Positions 42,330 to 54,567 of a stretch of DNA of 64,000 bases are shown one piece after another. Positions within the stretch are counted from its first letter, which is position 1. Each line of letters begins with the position of its first letter. The position numbers and the translations under genes are program-made. The notes beneath the pieces were generated by a model that saw nothing but the letters and a program-made list of their open reading frames with translations, searched no databases and was not told the DNA's origin. The stretch comes from Lytechinus pictus (taxonomy: Eukaryota), in contig NC_087251.1 in the NCBI RefSeq assembly GCF_037042905.1, forward strand, positions 33,668,001 through 33,732,000, read 5' to 3'.

Positions 42330-42768
42330 CTATACCGTTATTACAAATAATTCTAAATATCTTTAACAAAATGCAATGCATGCTTTCCTCTGAACACCAC
42401 CTCTTCAATCTAGCACTTTCTTTTACCTAAATCATCGGTGGTTTGTTTAAGAGTCACTAAATTAAGAGTCACTACAATTATATAGTAACAACTACATGTA
42501 CAGTTTCACTTTCTCTCTATCAAATCAAAAGTTATGCACATGTCCAATTGAAAGTTTATGTTAATTGATAATGATCCTCCTTCAGAAATATTTTGGTAAA
42601 CAAAGTTCAAGAGTATGTACAAAGTAGTATAACATGTTTTTTTAAATAATTATTACACATACTAATACATATTACATTATTAAACTGATGTATGGTTTGA
42701 TTCATCCAGGAAAGTCAAATTACGATGGAAAAAAAAAATCTATTCATCTGGACTTACTTTGATTGAAA

Positions 42769-42814
42769 CAGAGTAGTTTCACGTCCGATCCGGGACGCTT
42801 CTTCAGCTCTTCTG
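42769..42814 (-). ncRNA. Second hammerhead motif copy (stem III shorter by 2 nt, probably defective)
   Basis: Reverse complement reads cagaagagCUGAAGAagcgucccggaucggacguGAAAcuacucug, lacking the UG of the other copy. The ORF stop codon is the UGA of its CUGA core. Confidence 0.55.
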
Positions 42815-43044
42815 AATTGGCGGGAAATCGTCGTTGCCGATTGGCGCCGAAGCACCATCAATGTTATTGTCTTGGAGACGTCGAGGAATTTTTCGGATTA
42901 CAGGATTGTAAATCCGAGAGAGGTTATGTCCTAATCCTCCTCCTTTGTTGAGAGATGGGTTCTCTGCGTTGACGTAGACGTCTCCAAGACAATAACATCG
43001 ACGGTGCTTCGGCGCCAATCGGCAACGACGATTTCCCGCCAATT

Positions 43045-43092
43045 CAGAAGAGCTGAAGAAGCGTCCCAGATCGGACGTGAAACTGTACTCTG
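43045..43092 (+). ncRNA. Minimal (PLE-type) hammerhead ribozyme motif
   Basis: cagaagag-CUGAAGA-a-gcgucc(cagauc)ggacgu-GAAA-c-u-g-UA-cucug: conserved core, stem II, very short stem III and stem I (agag/cucu). Predicted cleavage after GUA. Confidence 0.7.
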
Positions 43093-43847
43093 TTTCAATC
43101 AAAGTAAGTCCAAATGAATAGATTTTTTTTTTCCATCGTAATATTACATTATTGTTGATGTTATAAGCAATCAGGCAGCTAATGACCACTTCACATCACA
43201 CTTAACAATAACATACATGTACATGACCAGAATATATTTAGGGTAATAAAATAAATCAAAATAGGTTATGTATTATCCGGATAGGATACAACTCATCATG
43301 TACATGTACATGTACACTGGTTCTACACATGGTTTTATTGCAACTGGTTCAGCAAATTTGTATATATTTCAATAAATATAGGTTGAGCCAAAGCATTGTG
43401 TTTTGTCAAGTACCAATGGTTTAATGATCCTACAATAACTTTCATATTTAAAGACAAGGTTAGTATGTCATTTGGTCTTAACACACCTAATAAAACTTCC
43501 TCATGACAACATACTATGCTTTCACTGATAGTCTAGCACTACACTTCAGTCTACTGATCTACTCTGTATTCTATTTGATTAAAAATCACATTTATTACTC
43601 TTAACAAATACTAAGTACAACTGTGCATCATCAAGGTTTTCTTGAATTTCACACTGTACCTTTTACTTTTTTACATCTATCTTCACCCCCCCCCTACACA
43701 CACATATATAATTTTAACAGCATGATTTGGGCACCTTTTTTAACAGGAGAAGGCAAATATGAAAATATTTTCACCAAGGTCTTTATAAGAGGGGAATATG
43801 TGTTATTTAAAAGAGATAGATGAATAGATATACATGTATAAAACAAT

Positions 43848-44636
43848 TAGTGCTGTTTTCGATAACCTATTTATCGCTAGTCCTGTCGAAAAACGCATGT
43901 TTTTGCTACTTGGCGATTATCGATAACCTTTCTCCCGTTGTCAATAATACCCGCTATTATGTAGGGACAGTGATTTTCAGACGGAATTACGGAAATGGCC
44001 TTTTGAAGCAGAAAGTGGCTTTTCAAACAGGAAAATCACAGAACATGTATTTTTCCTCAAAATGCACAGAACGGCAACAGAATTCACTCCAAAATTTCAA
44101 CAAAATATGAATACTTACCGGCCACAAAACAAGATCTCACTTCGCTATAATCATGACAATCCAAACATCATGACTGCCCTCAATTTAGCAACCAAAACAA
44201 GTACCAAATAAGCAACACGGCCGTGCATTGCTGCCCTCCATGTTCAAAGTTAGAACAGCATGAAATCCACAATGGCAGGTATGCGATAGTATGCGATAGA
44301 TGGCAGGTATGCGATAGAATTGACTGCTCAGAACGATGTCCAAAAAGCCCCCAAATCATCGATAAAAAGGTGAGGATGTACATGTATTCATGCTAAATTT
44401 GTTTTTTACAATATGTTAAGTAGTGATACTCGTTTAAATTCGACATAGATTTTAAAACGTTTTCGGTACAGTGGCAGATACAAATTTTGACCAGCACGAG
44501 TATTGTGACATCGCTTATCAATGCAATGCAATGCAACGGAATTGTCACCTATTAATAAAAAGTTATTTTGTCGATATCGCTAAGATATTTTTAACGATAT
44601 ATCGACAAGAGAATTTTCTTACCAACAACAGCACTA
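43848..44636. mobile_element. hAT-like non-autonomous element
   Basis: TIR tagtgctgtt / aacagcacta; 8-bp TSD aaaacaat / ataacaat (1 mismatch). Confidence 0.7.
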
Positions 44637-44908
44637 ATAACAATGCATACATGTGTGCAACCTGCAAGAAGTGTGTGTATGTAATGTGTACCAGGTTACA
44701 CAAATAAAGTTCATAACCATGTATAATACAGGAAGTTTTTAGTGGTTGATGACCATGTACATGTAGCTGTAAATCATTACAAGTATCAGTCAGAAATGTG
44801 TATACATGTACATGTAGCGTTACAGGCCTTGAAACTTGTCTTTTACTCTTTCACTTTCTTTTAAATCTCAACCAAGGTCAAACTATCAGTGGAAGCATGG
44901 AAACTTAA

Positions 44909-45502
44909 AGGTCAAGTCCACCCCAGAAAAATGTTGATTTGAATAAATAGAGAAAAATCAAACTAGCAAAACGCTGAAAATTTCATCAAAATCGGATGTA
45001 AAATAAGAAAGTTATGACACTTTAAAGTCTTGCTTATTTTTCACAAAACAGTGATATGCACAAATCAAATGAGAAGGTCGATAATGTCCCTCACTCACTA
45101 TTTCTTTTGTTTTTTATTGTTTGAATTATACAATATTTCATTTTTTATAGATTTGACAATAAGGACCAACTTGACTGAATCATAATAGTATAAAACAATG
45201 CTCATTCCACATGTTCAGGGAGGAATTAATCGTTGTTTCACTTGACAATGAGGAGAAAAATAGAATATTCCCTATTTCATACAATAAAATACAAAAGAAA
45301 TAGTGAGTGGATGACATCATCAGTCTCCTCATTTGCATACCCACAAGGATGTGCATATAACTGTTTTGTGAAATTCAGCAAAACTTTAAAATGTCCTAAC
45401 TTTCTTATTTTACATCCGATTTTGATGAAATTTTCAGTGTTTTGCTTGTTGGATTTTTCTCTTTTTATTCAAATCAACTTTTTGTTGGGGTGGACTTGTC
45501 CT
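44909..45502 (-). mobile_element. Kolobok/T2-type MITE, family B (copy 3, inverted)
   Basis: TTAA|aggtcaagtccacccc ... ggggtggacttgtcct|TTAA; reverse orientation relative to copies 1 and 2. Confidence 0.9.
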
Positions 45503-47189
45503 TTAACAAAAATTACACTAAATATTCAACAACAACAAAATGTGTACAGGAAGCAAGTTGACAAAGTGAAATTTTCTTTCAGATCTGTCACTACTTTGTA
45601 TAGACAATGCATTCATGTTTGAGTGTTTCAAGTGTCTGCAAGAAGGAATTGAGAGAAAAAATTCATATATGTGAAGACTGGTTAGCTGCATATAACATAT
45701 ACATGTACACCACTCATTGGGGCATTGTATACACAGCGATTGTGAAATCAAAGGCACAGTATCAATCAATCTCACTGACAATAAAATATTAAATTTCACA
45801 ACAAAATCACAGATCAATGAATTTAATGGGTTTTTTTATATAATCTTGCATCCAACCATTTCCAAACATAATGCAGTAAATAAAAGTAAATTGAATACCT
45901 GTTTTTTATGCTCTTATCACCGAGGTGAGCTACAATGTATTAGCAATAAGGAGACAAACATTTTTGCCAACTGATAGAGAGCGCACAATTTCTATTCATA
46001 TACACTGTTTGATTATAAATGAATCTTGTACTGCTGGTTTTCTTGCATGTAGAAGTTTTTTCAATTTTTTTTCTTTTAATTTGTCACTGACAAGAAAACA
46101 TTTTCCAAAGTAGAGGTCTAGTGCCATCACCAATGATGAACGGCATGGATTTTCTTTGAACTAAATAGTGTAACATGTACCAAAATATTCACTGGGAGGT
46201 AAAGGTTTGATATTGATTGGTGCCATTTTCATTTTTTTCATTTATCAAAGATTTGGACATACATGTATGATGAATTTGATCAAAGTTAATGAAATTGCTG
46301 ATGGGTTGAATTGAAAATTTGAATTTAATTAGCGCCAACAGAGGAAACCCTGGAAGAGGGTGTGAGCTGACAGAGGTATTTACAGTACGGTAAGCGACTT
46401 TTTAACTTTAACTGATTGATTGATCTAGCGTAAATCAAATAAACAATTCTTCCTAAATGTCAAATATAAAAATCATATTGACCGTTCGTTAACATCACTT
46501 CTGACCGTTATGAAGAGGATGTTTGCCGACTATTTGAAAATCCCATGCCTCGGGACGTCGGGTGTGTGCAGTGTGCAAAAGAGCAATAAGGCAGTGTCCA
46601 GATATCAGACCCCAATCATGGACTGTCTCAGCTCAGACAGTATGATGGGGTGACCATAATATGCACTTTTCAAAAAATTATCACAAAGTCGTTATTCAAT
46701 AAAAAATATCTCACAGTTCACACAAAATTAATTAAAATCATAAATACTTCTGAGAAGGCAAGATACTAGAGTCAGAGTCACTCGACGGATTTGTGAATTA
46801 GGGTTTCGCTGATATCACGATCTCAATATTCTATGGCGAGCGACTAATGCACGCTCAGCTAAAAAGGTGTCATATAAAGTGTGACCTTAATTTGCAAACT
46901 ATTGTTTGGCAAGGCTTTAAAGAAATCAAGCTGACAAATAATTTGTATCAGATGGAGGTTAAAATGCCATAAAAATGGTTGGTATCACATTTCATTTACC
47001 TGTTTGGGGACTTCTGCTCGCAAAATGGTCTTTGCTTGATACTTGTTGAGAAGTTCAGATTTTCTTGGAACGGACGCAAAAGGTAACATTTAAAAACAAA
47101 CAAATTTGCCGATGTTTTGCCAATATTTTCTCAAAGCAAATGGACAAAAAAGGGAGACCTAAAAATAAATATTCAAGAAAATCACTCAC

Positions 47190-47260
47190 CTCGGTAACTT
47201 TAGGTTGCTCTTTCTGTTGGTGTTTTCAGATTTTCAAGATAACTACTTTTTAGAAATGCG
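47190..47260 (-). other. Candidate alternative 5' exon end
   Basis: Strong donor GAG|GTGAGT on the - strand (47184-47189). The upstream boundary is unknown and abuts a MITE. Confidence 0.25.
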
Positions 47261-47269
47261 ACAGTCAGT

Positions 47270-47747
47270 CCCTGGGGGGCCAGTCAAATGTATTGCTGTA
47301 CACATGCGTGACCAAATTATTTCCAAACATTCCCTAAATGAGTTTTTTTCTCTGTGTGCAAAATAACCCCCTAAATAAGTTTTTTGCGGGCTTTATTTAC
47401 CCATTTGGCCCCTAAACAAGTTGTCGCCAGAATATGACCCCGGGGAGCTCAGGCTCAGCTTGGGGAAAAAACATACCCTAAACACGTTTGGCTAGTCTTT
47501 AACAAAAAAAAACTTTGGAAAAAAAGACATACCCCAAATACGTTTGACCCCGCGATTGACCATTGGCCAGTCTTTCAATACCACCCTTTTTCTTGAAAAT
47601 CTGTTTTTGATACCCTTAACGAGTGCACGCGTGCGTGCGGCCCTCGTCCAAAACTGAAAAAACACCCCTTTAAACACGCTTTTTGGTCATACATGTATAG
47701 ACCTCTACAGCAATCAATATATTTGACTGCCCCCCCCCCCCCCCCGG
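47270..47747. mobile_element. MITE with CCC.GGGGGG-type termini
   Basis: ccctggggggccagtcaaatgtattg ... caatatatttgactgcc(c)nccgg; internal accccctaaac repeats; no clean TSD. Confidence 0.7.
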
Positions 47748-47938
47748 CGACAGCGCGCAAAATAGGGTAGAGCACAAATTGGTCACATCTCATCTGACCA
47801 TAAAAAATTGCAGCCAGGTTTGTCATCATTGTTGATCAAGACATCATCAACTTGATCAAGCGCAAGCCAGCATTTACTGTCATAATTCATGTGTTAACTC
47901 TCTTTCAAAATACACATTTAGTCAATATCACATCTCAC

Positions 47939-48200
47939 CTACACACAATACACATCGAGCCTGGACTTGAAGGTTTTCATCGATTTTGCCTCTCCGACAA
48001 AACAGAGGTTTGCTGCACGACGAATATGCACAAGATACACACACACAACAATCCGCCAAACTGATTTCGACTCGAGTCTCGAGTTCGACTCCGAGCGTAA
48101 ACATCACGACAGTCCCAGTCAAGTTCATCATCATGTACTCGTTATTTTACCAACAACATAGCGAGTCAAGATTTAAACTTTGCTAAACAATGAAAATAAA
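47939..48200 (-). other. Candidate first (5'UTR) exon / promoter-proximal region of the minus-strand gene
   Basis: CpG-enriched unique sequence ending in donor TAG|GTGAGA on the - strand (47933-47938). The upstream boundary is approximate. Confidence 0.35.
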
Positions 48201-49236
48201 ACTTTTGTAAATTTACACGAACCTGCAAAATTGTATAATTTGAGTCACGAACGGTCGCATCCCAAAAACCGATACTCGATAGGGGTTTCTTCTCAAAACA
48301 CACGTCCGAGATATGGGCTGGCTGCGCTGGGTGCATTGTACTTTCGCACTGCACTTTCGCCTATTGAAAATTTGAAGACAGCACACTATTTCTAATGTGT
48401 GGTTTGGTTATGGTATCTCAGAAGCAATTGGGTTTTGGGGCTGTCGTATGAATTTCTAACTGGGGGCTTTATGCCTAACAAAAATAATCCTTGCACTGAC
48501 ATTGCAACACACTTGGCTTATTGCATAGCCCCATTAAAAAATAGAAGTTAATGAATAGAGGGGAAACGCATGGGGTCTGTCTTCTGTGCGATGACGGGAC
48601 AGCCGCGAAACTATATTTTTAAGGGATGTCATTGGCAAAAATTACGCCATTGTCAGGGAGGGCATTAGATACAGTCCCTTCTCTTCTTTTCACTGTTGGA
48701 TCAATCCTCAACTGGATCATGGTAACTCAGTGATCACCTTCCTCGTAAATGGGAAGTCGTGGATTCGATACCAAATTTTCGCTAAGCGCTCAGCATTTAG
48801 ATATACTTGAAAATAAAAGCAACTGGGGCCTATTTCATGCAACTCCGGCTGCTACAGCCAGCTTCAAAAGGAAAGGGATCAAGAGTAAAGTGTCAATTTC
48901 TAGCTCTAAATTCGATATTTTTTAATCCGAATGATATATTGATATATTGGAAACTGGCTTACTATCAAATATGATTCCATTTTAATTCCTCATGATCCTC
49001 TTGTTTGCCTCACGTCATAACTGAAGAAAAACATCAATAGAAATTGGCTTTAAAGTATATAAGGCTAAAAAAAAAAACAATAGGAATCTTAAATAGATTG
49101 ATATACGGCAGCTGGGTTGTCTTTAAGAAAGACAATAGATTTGTTTTGGTGTTGTTTTGCTTGCAGAAGAATAAATAGCTTTCCCGTTGTCAACACCTTG
49201 AAAAAAAGTTTTTAAAAATATGTTGGTTTCTATATG

Positions 49237-51515
49237 CATAGGCGGATCCGAGGGGGGCCGAGGGGCCCGGGACACTAGCGTACCTACGGGGGGGCAGATG
49301 GGGCAGTCTGCCCCCCTGACGAGCCACAGCCCATGCAAAGGACGTATCCCTGCCCCCCCCCCCCTGACGAGCTTGAAGACCTTTTTTTTTTTGGCTTGTC
49401 AAATTTTTTGGCGGACGGTTTTGCCCCCCCCCCCCCCTGTGAAAAATCCCAGGTACGCCACTGGCACGGGATCCCCCTATTCGCGGAGCAAAAAAAAAAG
49501 GAGGGAAAAGAGAGAAGAAAAAAAGAAGAGGAGGAACACGAGTGAATAAAATAAGATGAGGGGAGGACTTGGAAAATAAAAATAATCTTTCATGCCATAC
49601 TACATAAAATTTTCGGTCGCGCTTCGCGCTCGCATTGCCTGTTAGGTGATTTTCATATCTTGTTTAATATGGAGTTTAAATATCAAGTTTGGAAGTCAAT
49701 ATCCAAAACAAATTTCACCTCGGAAATCGAACTTTCATTATTTTGTGTGATTTATAAATTGTTTTTAAAAAGTGCTCTGTAAAAATGTCAGTTTTATTTT
49801 CTGAATATTAACATTTTCTTCCCGTGCTGCGCGCTCGCAAATTTTGATTTATCAGGTACCTATTATTTTCGTGTATTCCATAAAGTTTTTAAAATATCCC
49901 TTTTCAGGTCTGATTGTCAAAACGTATCAGCTAGCGCTACGCGCTCGCATTTTGATTGTCGAGTTATGTATGTCTCAATATTGATTATACAACAAAATAC
50001 TTAAAACCCCCTTTTCATGACAGTTTATAAAAAAATTTGACTCGCGATTTGCGCTCGCATTAATGGTTAAAATATATTAACTTGTTGCATCCTATTTAGT
50101 TACAAAAGTACTTGAAATGTCCAGTTTTCAGGCCATAATATCATCAGATTTCGCGTCCTCATTAGGCATTAATAAATAAGATATTAATTTAATAATTAAA
50201 CTGTCCCTTTTGTTTAATCTCTCACTTAGCAAGAGGAATAGGAAGATAGTCATCATTTTCATATACATGTCCTAAGGATGTCCCGGTCCTATGTTAAAAC
50301 TCAAAGTAATAATAATAATAAATATCAACTCTTTATTAAGTGCGATCCATATCCACCTCACAATTTTCCTACAAGTGCTTGAAATATAGATCTGAAATTG
50401 ACTCTTTTTTCAGATCGGAATATCAAATAGTTTAAGCTCGCGCTTCGCGCTCGCTTTGATTTTCATGATAGAAGATACTATTTAGAATGCCTAGATTCTA
50501 GGTCTAGATATGAAATGCGCGCGCATGTTTATTCAGATAGTCAACTTGTTCTCTACTTAAATCATTATCCAGTTTCAGATCACAATATCACAAATTTTCT
50601 GCTCGCATGTAGGAAGATCCCCTATTACTCATTCTTTTCATGATTTACAAAACATGAATAGAGTCTAAATCTCGATTTTTTTTTTCCCGCTCGCACTACG
50701 CGCTCGTATCAATAATTGTTTAGTTATATACCTATCCTGTTAACGATTACAAAAATTGATTAAAATTTTAAATTTCGTTATGTAGAAATGTAAAAAAAAT
50801 TCAGCTCGCGCTTCGCGCTCGCATTATTTGATTGTTGAAATCTGTAACGTCTTCATGGCTAAGTGCAAGCAGTCCTGAACAGCTATAGGTACCTTTTCGA
50901 TCAGTTCAAAACGTATATAAAAACTTGAATAGAGTGCCTCGTTAAGTAGGTCTAAATCTCGAAATTTCCGCTCGCATCAATTGTTTAGTAATATACCTAT
51001 TCTGTTTAAGTAACAAAAAGTGCTTAGAATTTCCATTCCTTAGGTAAAAATGTATAAAAAAATTCAGCTCGCGCTTCGCGCTCGCATTATTTCATTTTTA
51101 ATATATGTAACGTCTTCATGGCTAATTGCAAAACAGTCTTTAACAATATCTTTTCCATCAGTTCATTTCTGCTCGCGCTTCACGTTTGTAGTAATTATTC
51201 ATTTGCATACACACCTTTTTCAGGATAAAAAAACATTGCCCAGAATGTTCAAAATTTTAGGAAAAAAATACATAAGACTTCCAAAAAAATTTAGCTCGCG
51301 CTTCGCGCTCGCAATATATAAATAAGGATTATGGTATTATATATTTATGTTTATTCATAAGAATAAAGCTAAGAGGTGACTATTAGGACTACCCCTTCAA
51401 AGAAACCAAAAATCCCGGCAAAAATCATCTTCGAGCGGCCGATCGGGGAAAACATGGCTGAAAAAAATCCGGGCCCCCCCCCCCCCCTTATTGGCGAAGG
51501 CTGGATCCGCCCCTG
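49237..51515. mobile_element. 2.3-kb hAT-like non-autonomous element with dispersed GCTCGCGCTTCGCGCTCGC repeats
   Basis: TIR cataggcggatcc / ggatccgcccctg with G/C-run subterminal blocks; about 12 internal copies of the motif. TSD not clearly preserved. Confidence 0.7.
49273..49463. mobile_element. hAT MITE nested in the left end of the 49237 element
   Basis: TIR cactagcgtacct / aggtacgccactg; 8-bp TSD gcccggga / gcacggga. Confidence 0.8.
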
Positions 51516-51789
51516 GATATGTGTCTATTTTAAAAACTGTCATCTTTTTCATCTTATCTCTCCACCAGGCCGAATCAATTCTCTTCATTCTATCAACCAC
51601 CTTCCCTCATCTATTGATCTTCCTTCCAATCTGCCCATCTGATTCTCACACCCTTTCATAAAAAAATACTAACTCCTGAATCTGTCCCGTTTGATATTTA
51701 CAAACTTAAGATAGACAGTGGTTTAAACAAAAACAACAAGATTTTTCCCCACAATCTTCGTTTTCTTGTTTTTGTCAATTTTGATGCAC

Positions 51790-52685
51790 CCCCTTTCAAT
51801 CTTCCTCCTCCTTTTTTCCATCCTGCAGTTGCTCCTACTCAATCACCTACTGCAGTTCCTCTTCCATATCAACTTATTCTATCTGGTGGTTCTTCACATT
51901 TATGCTCGTCGTCCACCTCACGGTCAGCTGATCATCTTCTTTCTTCACAGCCTGATTTTGCTCCTCCATCACCTGCTGATAGTTCTCCACATTTGATCGT
52001 CTCTTCCTCTTGTTGGTCAAAACCATATTGCACCTCTTGCACCTGCTGTAGTGACTCCTCTACCAAATCTCCTTGCTCCTCATCTACGTTCTTCTGTTCA
52101 ACCTCCTTCTTCACCCGCTGCTTGCTCCTTCCTTCAATCTCTACTACAACCTCTTCCCCATTTTCTTCCTCTTCGCCTGCATTATCCTGCCCCTCCTCCT
52201 CTTGCCAAATCCTCATCTACGTTTTGCTGTTCTTCTTCCTCGACCTGATGCTGCTGCTGCTCCCCTTCTCCTCTACAACCTCCTTTTCATCATCTCATTT
52301 CCCTAAAATCCTTCCCTTATGCTAATCCTCCTCCTCTATTAACCTCCCGCCCTTACAATAATTTCTGCTACCTTTTCAACTCACTGCTGATGCTGCTTCT
52401 CGCCCACCCCCTCATCCTCCTCTTCATCTACACTTAACATTCTCCTCCTGCTGCACAAAATCCTTTCAGCTCCTCTTCCACATGCTGATGCTACTTCTAT
52501 TCCTTCTCCACCACCACCTAACTCTTCTTATCCCTTTAAAATGATATTCTCCTGCTGCTGCTCTTTGAGACCCCCTCTGTCAAATCCACCTGCACAACAC
52601 TGCCTTTGTCTGTTCCTGCGGCTTTTCCTTCTCCACCTCCTCTCAGTTGCTCCCGCTCCTTCTCCACTGCTTTTCATTTCCTCTA
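51790..52685. repeat. Degenerate (CCT/CTT/CTG)n low-complexity tract
   Basis: Pyrimidine-rich trinucleotide-derived sequence giving spurious E/S/L-rich ORFs. Confidence 0.7.
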
Positions 52686-52969
52686 ATGGTATACTGGTCC
52701 AATTATTAAACAGTCCAATGTGCCATTTCCTGATGTTACAATAATTTAAGGTCACTTAATAGCAAACCCCAATCAAATGCAAATGGGTTTGAAAGCAGAT
52801 AAAATGAATGACTCGATCAGCTTGGAAATAAGAAAGCAAATAAAATATGATTATTCTTTATTTTATCTCTTTTTCTTTAAGCATTATTATAAAGTTTGCT
52901 GAAACAATGTTAAAATAGCAGAAAAGAGTAAGAACCACCGTCATTGATAAATATTATATTTTCAGATAT

Positions 52970-53780
52970 GAAGAGCTTGATTCCAAAATGGGTTAAATCC
53001 ACTTTTGACCAATTCGATTTTTTGATAGAAATATAATGTATATTATACGTGGGAATCAAATGCAACATAGCATTTGAAGAAAAAAAAATGGAAAGGTTGG
53101 TAAAAATTGATTGCAAATTTGAGTTTTGTTCCAAAAGGAGCTAAATCCAAAACAGTTTTATTTCAAAAGGAGCTAAAAGAAATCCACTATACGATTATCT
53201 GAAATTGGTTATCATTCCTATTTTACATTAAGGGGTTATGCATTCAAATTTCTAGGTACATGTTGCGGATACACGATCGCACCATCAGTGCATAGTTTGG
53301 TGAAAATAACAGAATTTTACAATTTTATGAATATTTTTGGATTTAGCTCCTTTTGGAATTAGATATCGAAAAGTCACCGTCCTTAGAAAATATGGCAACA
53401 TATATATGTATTTTTTATTTTGTAATTTTCAGTGGATAAACATCAGAAAAGATGTGGAACGTACTCTGCTAGCCATATTTTCGTGTTTCGTGTTCAATTT
53501 CCAATATCAAGCATGTTTAAATTGGCAAAAAATTACATTTTACTATGGTTTTGTTCCAAAAGGAGCAAAATCCGTGGGAAATAAGATTTCGAAAATTGTT
53601 TAAAAATTGATTATGAATGATAGATTTTTGTAATCGTTATTTAATTAACCGAAGATGATAGTACTATCATATATATCAAAATAGAACAGCAGTGGCTAAG
53701 GGAAAGTGGTGAATTAAAAAACCTTGATTTACAGAAAAACACCAAAAATGAATCTAGCTCCTTTTGGGACAAAACTCTTC
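52970..53780. mobile_element. Sola-like non-autonomous element (ATAT TSD) immediately upstream of ARV1
   Basis: ATAT|gaagagcttgattccaaaatgggttaaatcc ... gaatctagctccttttgggacaaaactcttc|ATAT; internal ttccaaaaggagctaaatcc repeats in both orientations. Confidence 0.7.
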
Positions 53781-54400
53781 ATATACAAACAGTTGCCAAT
53801 TTTTTTTTAATTGAGTTTGAACCAGAAATAAAACACTTTATTGGGGGTGGTCTTTAATTGGGACCAAAACGCACTTTGCCCCCCCCCCCAAAAAAAAAAA
53901 AAAAAAAAAAAAAATTAAAGAAGGGAGCAGCTACTAGCTGCCCTACCCCTATGACTTATTCTACTATTATGCTGTTCATTTGGATATTATTTTTGTTTAT
54001 ATTTATATGAGCCATATCTGACACTTTATGGGTATGATCAATTGGGCCTGTCAAAAGTAGAAACATTGGACTGGTCTCGGATACTGTATCTATCTATTAC
54101 TATTATTAACACCTGACTGCTTATTTCTAAAAAGGTATCCTGCATCAGTAAAATGATCTTACATATGGACTAATTGATTTTTATTTGTTAATTGAAATAC
54201 TTATTATGAAATAAATAAATAATGATTTATATTATTATTTTTTTTTTAATTGTTGGGATCAATAAATTTTTTTACAACCTTTTTTTTTTGAAAAAATCCA
54301 AAAATTATTAAATTGGTAAAACAAAATGTCAGCCTCCATATCATGTCTGACTTAAATTAAAGAACAGTAAAAAAAACCAGGCGAATTCTCCCGTTAAAAC

Positions 54401-54511
54401 ATGGCGAAGGAAGTGAAGCAAAGTGCAGATTTTCGTTGCATTGAATGTGGATTTTACTCAAGAGAACTATATCATGATTATGGCAATGGAATCATCAAAA
54501 TATCTCATTGT
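54401..54511 (+). CDS. ARV1: ARV1 (protein ARV1, ER lipid/GPI homeostasis) coding exon 1
   Basis: aaacATGG start; translates MAKEVKQSADFRCIECGFYSRELYHDYGNGIIKISHC (37 codons), matching the Arv1 homology domain start as I recall it (YRCIEC...LY..Y..G..KI..C). Followed by canonical donor GTAAGT at 54512, phase 0. Confidence 0.93.
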
Positions 54512-54557
54512 GTAAGTCATTTTGTATTCTAGTTTTATATTCTAGCGCACGCCTGCG

Positions 54558-54567
54558 GGGGCGGAGC
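54558..54567 (+). promoter_or_regulatory. GC box (Sp/KLF-type) near the 5' end of ARV1 intron 1
   Basis: ggggcggagc in a small CpG cluster ~45 bp after the exon 1 donor. Confidence 0.3.

Larger units (their letters stand above)
42719..43142 (-). mobile_element. 5'-truncated Penelope-like retroelement (PLE) with inverted pseudo-LTR, forming a palindrome
   Basis: Near-perfect inverted arms 42719-42882 and 42977-43142 around a 94-bp spacer. The - strand reads YVNAENPSLNKGGGLGHNLSRIYNPVIRKIPRR..., typical of the C-terminus of PLE GIY-YIG endonucleases (PSLNRxGG..H.LS..Y..V). Each arm has a CTGAAGA...GAAA motif. Confidence 0.85.

Noticed and set aside
45233..45622. Repeated ORF ...CHNFLILHPILMKFS... 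(also 13118 and 26239)
   Set aside because: Chance reading frame through the shared MITE arm, not a gene family.
49600..51320. CRISPR-like repeat-spacer array
   Set aside because: Spacers are 100-400 bp, irregular and partly homologous to each other; the array lies within a TIR element in animal DNA, with no cas genes.
51766..52755. Glu-rich / Ser-rich ORFs
   Set aside because: Products of a degenerate trinucleotide low-complexity tract; stops in all frames and no recognisable domain.
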